Below are positions 25,231 through 32,000 of a stretch of 32,000 bases of DNA, piece by piece; within the stretch, counting starts at the first letter, position 1, and each line of letters starts with the position of its first letter. The translations under genes were made by a program, and so were the position numbers. The notes under the pieces are model-generated. The model was not told where the DNA came from and did not search any database. It was given only the letters and a program-made list of their open reading frames with translations. The stretch comes from Roseiarcus sp. (lineage in GTDB: Bacteria > Pseudomonadota > Alphaproteobacteria > Rhizobiales > Beijerinckiaceae): the NCBI GenBank assembly GCA_050010035.1, contig JBEKLU010000057.1, forward strand, positions 1 to 32,000. The letters run 5' to 3'.

Positions 25231-25508
25231 ACGCATCGCGCGCGGGGGAAGCGGTCATCCGCGGCGCCGGCGACGCATTGGCCGTCAACGGCGTGATCGC
25301 GCGGCGGCGCCTGACGCAGGACGCGGCGGCCGCCAAGCTCGGCGTCAACGAGCCGAAGGCGTCGGCGCTGACCAATACCAAGCTCGACGGCTTCTCGGTA
25401 GAGCGGCTGATGGTCTTCCTGACCGCGCTCGATCAGGACGTGGAGATCGTGATCAGGAACAAGCCGAGGTCGCGGGCGGCGGGGAGAATTTCGGTGGTGG
25501 CGGCGTGA
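25227..25508 (+). CDS. XRE-family HTH protein (antitoxin-like architecture)
   Basis: About 93 aa from the GTG at 25227, which overlaps the upstream stop (GTGA). The sequence is IARRRLTQDAAAAKLGVNEPKASALTNTKLDGFSVERLMVFLTALDQDVEIVI. The exact start is uncertain. Confidence 0.65.
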   Translation: MNASRAGEAVIRGAGDALAVNGVIARRRLTQDAAAAKLGVNEPKASALTNTKLDGFSVERLMVFLTALDQDVEIVIRNKPRSRAAGRISVVAA

Positions 25509-25635
25509 TCCGATCGGGAAGGTGCAGGCCACAACTTCAACCCAGGAATCAGAGTGACCGTGCGCATATGCTGTATTGAACCGAAGGGGCCAGTCTGCCA
25601 ACTGAAGCGGTCATGCGTTCTGCCGCCACCGCCCG

Positions 25636-28143
25636 TCACGCGACCCTGCCCCGCAAGCTGTCCGCGAGCGCCGAAAGCGCATTGGCGAGTTGTCTCGCGA
25701 TCTCCGGCGGCGGCAGCGGCATTTTGAGGTTTTGAACGCCGGTGGCTGGATCCCGCTCAATCCATGGGTGCGCCGGAGCGCCGGGATCGTTGGCGGCCGC
25801 CAGAGCGGCGACGAACTGGGCGCCGACCTGCGCCAAGGCCCGCCACGGATCGGGGACTGCGTCACGCGCCGGCGCTTCGGCCCCGTCAGTCCGCGCGATC
25901 GCCGTCTCGCCAGCGCCAATGTCTATGTCCGCGTTTACATCTTCCACGGATCCGGCGTCATCGCCGGCGACGATATTCCTCACCTCCTCGGCCGGCGTCA
26001 CGGCCTCTCCCTCGCCCATACCCCCGGTGACGTTTTCCACGTCCTTCATGAAGCGGTTGAGACGCGAACCGCCGAGCGAAATCTCGCCGCTGGCGCCGTC
26101 GAGAATTCCTGCCGACAAGGAGCGTTTGAACGCCAGCACCGAAAGCATGCCCTCCTCGATGGTGCCCTTCGCCACGAAATTGACGATCTGCACCGGCCGT
26201 GTCTGGCCCATGCGATGGATCCGCGCGATGCGCTGTTCGAGGATCGCCGGGTTCCACGGCAAGTCCATGTTCACCAGGGTCGAAGCATGCTGCAGATTGA
26301 GGCCCGTGCTGCCAGCGTCGGTGGACAGGAACACACGGCAGGCGGGGTCGTCACGAAACCGCTCGACCAGCGCCGGTCGCTTGTCCGACGGCACGCCGCC
26401 GTGGAAGCTGACGTAGCCGAACTCACGCGCTTCGAGGCGGCGGATGACGATGTCGTGGGTCCGCGTCCATTGCGAAAACACCACCGCCTTGGCCTTCGGC
26501 TCGGCGAACAAATCGTCGAACAGCGCCGCCAATTCGTCGGCCTTGACGCCATGGTCGGTCTCCTGGTCGAGCAGATAGGTGCTGTTGCACGACATGCGCA
26601 TGTTCTGCAAGGCGCAGGTCAGCCGCCGCTGATCCTGATCCGACAGGAACTTGGTCTTGCGCCAGCGCTGGACGATTCGCGCCACCACGTCGGCGTTTTC
26701 CTGGTGATAGAGCATTTGCATCTCGGTCATCGGCACCAGCAGGTTCTGGTCGGTCCGGCTGGGCAGTTGCCGCAGCACCTCGGACTTGCGCCGGCGCAGC
26801 ATGATCGGCGCCAGCGTCTGGCCGATCTTCTCCAACCCGGTGTAGCCGGTGACGCGCCCGGCTTCGTCCTTGACCTGATGCTCGTGCAGCAGCTTCCAGG
26901 TCGGCCCGAGCCGGTGCTGGTCGACGAACTGGACGATGGAAATCAGCTCTTCCAGCTTGTTCTCCAGGGGCGTCCCGGTAAGCACGATCGCATAGGGGCT
27001 GTCGATGCGTTTCAAGGCGCGCGCCGCGATGGTGTTCCAGTTCTTCACCCGCTGCGCTTCGTCGACGATCACCAGTTCGGGCGCCCAGGCGGCGATCAGG
27101 TCGAGATCGGGCTTGAGTTTCTCGTAGTTCGTGATCTTGCAGAAATCGTCCAGGGCGTAGTCCTTCTGCCGCTGCGCCCGACCGCCGGCGATGACGCGCG
27201 CCGCGTTTTCGCCCTGTCGCCCCGAGAAACGCACGATCTCGCTCTGCCACTGGTACTTGAGCGAGGTCGGGCAGATCACCAGCACTTTCGCGACGCCGAA
27301 ATGCCGCGCCAGTATTTCCGTCGCGGCGATCGCCTGTATGGTCTTGCCCAGTCCCATATCGTCGCCGATCAGGGCCCGGCCGACCCGCACCGCGAACAGC
27401 GCGCCCTCGGCCTGATAGGGATAGAGCGGCGCCTTCAGAAGCGCCAGCAGCTTGGGATCGGCCGCGCCGCGCGGGAACAACTGCTCGAGCTTCGAAGCGC
27501 GCCGGTCCGCGTCCCGCCTTCCCGCGACGAAATCGAGCGCGTCGTCGTAGGCGCGCAATTCATGACCGCACTTCGCCGCCGCGGCCATGAAAGGCTCCAG
27601 CTCGCCAAGGCGCTCGTCCGGCAGCATCCCGTCGCGCTCGACGTCGAACAGAGCGGCGGCGGCCTCGCGCAGCTCCGGCGGGCAATCTGTTCCGGCGCGA
27701 AAATGCACGCGGCGTCGGCCTTCGTTGCGCAAGTACAGCTCGGAAAACGCCGGCAGGTAGCCGCGCTTGAACGCCGCCCTGGCGCCGCGCTTCTTCTCCA
27801 GCCGGGCAAGCGTGAATTCGATGTGCTTGCAGGTGCCCAATTCGCTGGTGGCGTAATCCGGGCAGGAACAGAAATTGCCGCCCGGCCCCAAGCCTCGAAT
27901 CGCCACGCGATAGCTGGATTTCGAAACAGGATTGCTGACCCGAAACTCGGAGAAAAACGGTTCGCTGGTCAGGTTTTCGAGCCCGAAGGCCTGCTCGCGG
28001 CCGAACTGGCGGCGCAAGCCGCGTTGCCAGTCCACCGGCGACAGATCGGCGGGCGCGTGGGTGCGCGAGAGCTTGGTTTCCTTGCTCGGCTTGGTGGCGG
28101 AATTCGGGTTTCGGCGCTCGGCTTTCATCGCAGCACGTTCCAT
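25636..28143 (-). CDS. SNF2-family helicase/ATPase with N-terminal SWIM zinc finger
   Basis: 835 aa. The SWIM finger is CSCPDYATSELGTCKHIEF. The helicase motifs are DDMGLGKTIQAIA (I), DEAQRVKN (II), LTGTPLENKLEEL (III), STDAGSTGLNLQHAS (V) and WNPAILEQRIARIHRMGQ (VI). The start is the ATG at 28143 or at 28128. Confidence 0.9.
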   Translation of the reverse strand: MERAAMKAERRNPNSATKPSKETKLSRTHAPADLSPVDWQRGLRRQFGREQAFGLENLTSEPFFSEFRVSNPVSKSSYRVAIRGLGPGGNFCSCPDYATSELGTCKHIEFTLARLEKKRGARAAFKRGYLPAFSELYLRNEGRRRVHFRAGTDCPPELREAAAALFDVERDGMLPDERLGELEPFMAAAAKCGHELRAYDDALDFVAGRRDADRRASKLEQLFPRGAADPKLLALLKAPLYPYQAEGALFAVRVGRALIGDDMGLGKTIQAIAATEILARHFGVAKVLVICPTSLKYQWQSEIVRFSGRQGENAARVIAGGRAQRQKDYALDDFCKITNYEKLKPDLDLIAAWAPELVIVDEAQRVKNWNTIAARALKRIDSPYAIVLTGTPLENKLEELISIVQFVDQHRLGPTWKLLHEHQVKDEAGRVTGYTGLEKIGQTLAPIMLRRRKSEVLRQLPSRTDQNLLVPMTEMQMLYHQENADVVARIVQRWRKTKFLSDQDQRRLTCALQNMRMSCNSTYLLDQETDHGVKADELAALFDDLFAEPKAKAVVFSQWTRTHDIVIRRLEAREFGYVSFHGGVPSDKRPALVERFRDDPACRVFLSTDAGSTGLNLQHASTLVNMDLPWNPAILEQRIARIHRMGQTRPVQIVNFVAKGTIEEGMLSVLAFKRSLSAGILDGASGEISLGGSRLNRFMKDVENVTGGMGEGEAVTPAEEVRNIVAGDDAGSVEDVNADIDIGAGETAIARTDGAEAPARDAVPDPWRALAQVGAQFVAALAAANDPGAPAHPWIERDPATGVQNLKMPLPPPEIARQLANALSALADSLRGRVA

Positions 28144-28470
28144 TCAGCAAGAGGTTCCCGCGAGACATCGATCTGGCGTCCGACGCCTTTTCCGCGGCGC
28201 TGGCGCGCTACTCCGATATTTGCAACAATGCCCGGCGACCCGTCTCCACGAAATCGACGATCGGCGCACTACCGTTTTCGCGACCACGGTACGGGTTCCG
28301 AATCGGACACGACCTATTCAACAGAGTAGCCGAGCGCCCTATATCCAGTTCGCCGCTCTGCCGCCATACGCGCCAGCACGGGGACCGTCTCATCGACGTA
28401 GTCGACGACGAGAACTTCCCGCTAACCTACGCTAGAAACACCGAAAGTATCCGAAAAGCGCCGACTCTCC

Positions 28471-28626
28471 TCACTCCCACTCGATTGTTTCTTGATGATA
28501 TAACGCCTTGAAACGACCGGCAAATTTCTCCTCCGCGCCAGCATGTTCCGGCAGAGACGCCGTCAAGAAATTACGCTGTTGATTTTTCAAGGCAATTTCT
28601 GCCTCGAGAATTTTCGTTGGCTTCAC
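28471..28626 (-). CDS. candidate small ORF (51 aa), function unknown
   Basis: My own translation: (GTG)KPTKILEAEIALKNQQRNFLTASLPEHAGAEEKFAGRFKALYHQETIEWE*. It lies in a lower-GC stretch, is below the track's length cut-off, has no convincing RBS, and matches no family I recognise. Confidence 0.2.
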   Translation of the reverse strand: MKPTKILEAEIALKNQQRNFLTASLPEHAGAEEKFAGRFKALYHQETIEWE

Positions 28627-29002
28627 CAGCTATCGACGTCGACCGGCGGATGTCATGCGAATTCGTCGCGCGACCACGTCAAAATCAGGCCCAGCAAGCA
28701 CCGTCGCACCTGCGGCCGTATTGTTTCCTGACTTCCGACCGGTCGGCGATTTCGCGGGGGGCCGATCTGAGTAGATTCCGACTCTACGGCTGGGACCCGC
28801 CCGCAACTAATGATACGGATGTCGTCGCGCGCGCTAGCGGATTCGAGCTGGAACGGGGCCAAAATGCCGGCATGGGTGATGGCGCCGCGTAATATCGGGT
28901 TACGGGTTTTCGTGCAATTCGACCATGGAGCGCACACCGAATTCGGCCAACGTCTTCTGCAGCCGCGTCGACGGCGTTTACGGGGCAATCGAGAGAGCGC
29001 AC

Positions 29003-29761
29003 ATGTCGAAAGTGAGCATTGATGCGCTCCAGCCCGACCGGACGGCGCTCTTCCTGGACGTGGACGGCACTCTTCTCGATCTTGCCGCGTCCCCGACGGC
29101 AGTGGTTGTTCCTCGCGGGCTCGTCGAATGCATCGCCGACATCGAACGGGCGCTCGGCGGCGCGCTCGCTCTCGTCAGCGGACGAACGTTAGCGGATCTC
29201 GATCGGCTGTTTTCGCCGCTGCGCCTGCGAGCGAGCGGCGTTCATGGCGCCGAAATTCGCTACGATCCGCTGACGCCCGTCATCGTCGACGCGGCCGCCG
29301 CCGCCTTGCCCGCCCGGCTCTGGCGGTCCTTGAACGAGTCGCTCGCGGATTTTCCCGGCGCCTTCGCGGAAAACAAGCGCTTCAGTTTCGCGGTGCACTA
29401 CAGAGCCGCGCCGAACTGCGGAGCGGACTTGGGGGAGGTTCTGCGACAGCTCGTCGCCGCCGAGGCGATTCCCGACGTGGAAATCATCGACGCGCGCCTT
29501 GCGTTCGAAATCAAAGGCCGAGGGTTCGACAAGGGTTCGGCGATCAATCGATTTCTCGCGCGCTCGCCGTTCGTCGGCCGGATCCCGATCTTCGTCGGCG
29601 ACGATGGGACCGACGAGGCGGGTTTCGCGGCGGTCGTCCAGCGCCACGGCGCGGCCTATTCAGTCGGCCAGGTTAGGCCCGGCGTCAGCGCAGTATTTTC
29701 TAAGCCGTCGTTGGTCCGCGATTGGCTCGCCCGTTCAGCCGCACAAATGGCGCGCCCATGA
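29003..29761 (+). CDS. otsB: trehalose-6-phosphate phosphatase
   Basis: The ATG at 29003 lies within track ORF 28925..29761. HAD motifs are present: FLDVDGTLLD, VSGRT, and FEIKGRGFDKGSAI...VGDDGTDE. Confidence 0.88.
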   Translation: MSKVSIDALQPDRTALFLDVDGTLLDLAASPTAVVVPRGLVECIADIERALGGALALVSGRTLADLDRLFSPLRLRASGVHGAEIRYDPLTPVIVDAAAAALPARLWRSLNESLADFPGAFAENKRFSFAVHYRAAPNCGADLGEVLRQLVAAEAIPDVEIIDARLAFEIKGRGFDKGSAINRFLARSPFVGRIPIFVGDDGTDEAGFAAVVQRHGAAYSVGQVRPGVSAVFSKPSLVRDWLARSAAQMARP

Positions 29762-31566
29762 GCGATCAAGTGCAAGAGAAATTTCAAAACCTCGAACTCG
29801 CGCTGATCGGCAATTGCCGAGTTGCGGCGCTCGTCGATCGTTACGCTCGCATCGTTTGGTGGTGCTTTCCGCGTTTCGATTCCGATCCCGTCTTTTCGAG
29901 ACTGCTCGCGGGCGACGAGGAGAAGGGCTTTTGCGAGGTGGCGCTCGCGGACCTCGTCGATTCCAATGCAAAATACCTGCGCAACACCGCCGTCGTTGAA
30001 ACCGTTCTGACGGATGCGCACGGCGCACAAGTGCGCGTCACGGACTTCGCGCCGCGGTTCGATCGTTACGAACGCACTTTCCGGCCGCCGCAGATCATAC
30101 GGCGCATCGAGCCGCTGCACGGCCTGCCGCGCATAGCGATCAAAGTCAGGCCGACGTGCAACTACGGTCGTCCGGTCGATGAATTCGTCGTTGGATCGAA
30201 TCATATCCGCTACCTCGGCGGCGCCGAGGTGATGCGCCTGACCACGGACGCGCCGCTGTCCTACATCACGTCCGAGATCGATTTCGTATTGACCCAGCCC
30301 GTCAATTTGATTTTCGGACAGGACGATCCGTTCCGCAGCGCGATCGACGTGACAAGTCGGGAATTTCTCGATCGCACGCGTGAGCACTGGCTCGAGTGGG
30401 TGCGCCATCTCGCCGTGCCGTTCGAGTGGCAATCGGCGGTCGTCCGCGCGGCGATCACGCTCAAGCTCTGCAACTACGAGGAAACCGGCGCCATCGTCGC
30501 CGCCCATACGACTTCGATCCCCGAAGCGCCATCGACGCAACGCACTTGGGACTATCGCTACTGCTGGCTGCGAGACGCATTTTTCGTCGTCGAGGCGCTG
30601 AACCGGTTGGGCTCCACCCACATGATGGAATCCTACATCAACTATTTCACCACCATCGCCGCCGCTGGCGTGACGCGGATGCGACCTGTGCATGGCATCG
30701 TGCCGTTCAGTTCCCTCGAAGAAACAGTGGCGCCCGATCTCAAGGGCTTCATGGGGCATGGTCCTGTCCGCGTGGGCAACCAAGCCGCGACCCAAACGCA
30801 GCACGACGCCTATGGCAGCGTCGTACTGGGGGCGATGCAAATGTTTATTGATGAACGTCTGCCGAAAATGGGGGACGAAGCGCTCTTTCGGCGCCTTGAG
30901 CCGCTCGGCGAGCATGCGCTTCAGTACGCGTTTGAGCCAGACTCGGGCATTTGGGAATATCGTGGGCGCGCCAGGGTGCACACGTATTCTGCGGCGCTAT
31001 GCTGGGCCGCATGTGATCGCCTCGGGCAAATTGCACGTCGGTTGCGCCTTTCGGACCGGGCGCAATATTGGGATGCGCACGCGGTCGCGATCAAAGACAA
31101 GATTCTCGCTGAGGCGTGGGATGAGAAACGCGGCGCGCTGACCGGCGCTCTCGGACATCCCGATCTCGACGCAAGCGTACTGTTGTGCGCCGAACTCGGT
31201 CTGCTTGCGTCGACGGACCCGCGCTTTCGCAGCACTTGCGACGTCATAGGAAGCGAATTGATGCGCAACGGGCGCATCATGCGCTATACTGCATACGACG
31301 ACTTCGGCGCGCCCGAAACAGCATTTCTGGCATGCAATTTCTGGTACATGGACGCGCTTTGCCTCATCGGGCGCAAGAACGAGGCGCGGAAAATGTTCGA
31401 GGCCATTCTCGGGCGGCGCAATGCGTTCGGGCTGTTGTCCGAGGACATTCACCCGGAGACCGGAGAGCTTTGGGGCAATTTCCCGCAAGCGTATTCGATG
31501 GCGGGGATCATCAACACGGCAACCCGTCTGTCGTCGAGTTGGGAGGAAGCATGGGCCCGCGTCTAA
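29758..31566 (+). CDS. glycoside hydrolase family 15 protein (glucoamylase/trehalase-like)
   Basis: 602 aa from the ATG at 29758, with an ATGA overlap on the otsB stop. GH15-type sequence includes IGNCRVAALVD, WDYRYCWLRDAFF and NFWYMDAL. Confidence 0.85.
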   Translation: MSDQVQEKFQNLELALIGNCRVAALVDRYARIVWWCFPRFDSDPVFSRLLAGDEEKGFCEVALADLVDSNAKYLRNTAVVETVLTDAHGAQVRVTDFAPRFDRYERTFRPPQIIRRIEPLHGLPRIAIKVRPTCNYGRPVDEFVVGSNHIRYLGGAEVMRLTTDAPLSYITSEIDFVLTQPVNLIFGQDDPFRSAIDVTSREFLDRTREHWLEWVRHLAVPFEWQSAVVRAAITLKLCNYEETGAIVAAHTTSIPEAPSTQRTWDYRYCWLRDAFFVVEALNRLGSTHMMESYINYFTTIAAAGVTRMRPVHGIVPFSSLEETVAPDLKGFMGHGPVRVGNQAATQTQHDAYGSVVLGAMQMFIDERLPKMGDEALFRRLEPLGEHALQYAFEPDSGIWEYRGRARVHTYSAALCWAACDRLGQIARRLRLSDRAQYWDAHAVAIKDKILAEAWDEKRGALTGALGHPDLDASVLLCAELGLLASTDPRFRSTCDVIGSELMRNGRIMRYTAYDDFGAPETAFLACNFWYMDALCLIGRKNEARKMFEAILGRRNAFGLLSEDIHPETGELWGNFPQAYSMAGIINTATRLSSSWEEAWARV

Positions 31567-32000
31567 TCATCGTCTCGAACCGAGTCGCCGTGCCCGAGCC
31601 GGGAAGCAAACAGATGGCGGGAGGGCTCGTGGTCGCGGTGAAGGCGGCGTTGAGAAACCGCACAGGCGTGTGGTTCGGCTGGAGCGGCAACATCGACGAG
31701 ACGGAAACAGCGGAACCGCGCACCGTCGAGCGCAATCACATAACCTATGCCGTCATCGATCTGTCGAAAAATGATTTTGAAGAATATTACAATGGGCTGG
31801 CTAACCGGGTCCTGTGGCCCATCCTGCACTATCGCGTCGATTTGCAAGAATATTCGCGCGCCGACCACTCAGGCTATATGCGGGTCAATCGCCTGTTCGC
31901 CGACAAGCTCAGCGCCTTCATTAGAGATGACGATGTCCTTTGGGTGCACGACTACCACCTGATGCCGTTGGCGCGCGAACTGCGCGCTCGAGGGCATCTC
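31551..32000 (+). CDS. otsA: alpha,alpha-trehalose-phosphate synthase (UDP-forming), N-terminal part; continues off the window
   Basis: My own translation from the ATG at 31551: MGPRLIIVSNRVAVPEPGSKQMAGGLVVAVKAAL...WFGWSG...YYNGLANRVLWPILHYR...DDVLWVHDYHLMPLARELR. It overlaps the GH15 3' end by 16 nt and has a GGGAGGAAG RBS. It is not in the track because it has no stop in the window. Confidence 0.9.
   Translation, partial: MGPRLIIVSNRVAVPEPGSKQMAGGLVVAVKAALRNRTGVWFGWSGNIDETETAEPRTVERNHITYAVIDLSKNDFEEYYNGLANRVLWPILHYRVDLQEYSRADHSGYMRVNRLFADKLSAFIRDDDVLWVHDYHLMPLARELRARGHL

Noticed and set aside
25690-28329. 879-aa plus-strand ORF
   Set aside because: It is antisense to the SNF2 helicase gene, which has all helicase motifs. 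There is no recognisable domain, and the composition is a high-GC antisense artefact.
28208-28393. 61-aa minus-strand ORF, plus the 91-aa and 111-aa ORFs at 28617-28988
   Set aside because: They have no RBS, an odd composition (Arg/Cys-rich) and overlap one another. They are most likely non-coding.
1-32000. tRNA, rRNA, riboswitch or other known structured RNA genes
   Set aside because: I scanned the lower-GC and intergenic stretches by eye and recognised no cloverleaf-compatible or known riboswitch sequence. This cannot be excluded without tRNAscan-SE or Infernal.

Overview
High-GC (about two-thirds G+C by eye) alphaproteobacterial-type chromosomal DNA. An order-level guess of Hyphomicrobiales is inference only. 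Most of the window is ordinary metabolic and housekeeping genes: a partial ABC substrate-binding protein, nagA with a GlcNAc kinase, two adjacent acyl-CoA dehydrogenases, an alpha/beta hydrolase, a DUF2975 plus small HTH pair, a CaiB-type CoA-transferase, GNAT, NUDIX, a metallophosphoesterase, psuG-psuK, pirin, a YajR-like MFS transporter, a ketopantoate-reductase-like gene, OsmC, a TsaA-family gene, a PliG-like secreted protein, an XRE regulator, a SWIM-SNF2 helicase, and an otsB-GH15-otsA trehalose operon. The standout is an accessory stretch at about 14.06-20.3 kb, bounded by REP/MITE-like repeats. It carries two tandem paralogous genes with an N-terminal cytoplasmic TIR domain (catalytic-Glu motif retained), a Pro/Ala-rich linker, one TM helix, and a Cys-rich periplasmic FGE/SUMF1-fold domain lacking the catalytic cysteines. 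This is a Toll-like-receptor-like topology. One paralog is cleanly split by a 1285-bp ISAs1-family IS with a perfect 10-bp target duplication, and in-silico excision restores the frame. Other observations: a MITE-like repeat family with about 19-bp terminal inverted repeats, triple-hairpin REP clusters bracketing psuGK, an AT-rich direct-repeat array upstream of pirin, an apparent frameshift at the 3' end of the MFS gene, and a roughly 0.85-kb lower-GC gene-poor stretch next to the SNF2 gene. No rRNA, tRNA or CRISPR array was recognised. Many long Arg/Ala-rich ORFs in the track are high-GC antisense or off-frame artefacts.
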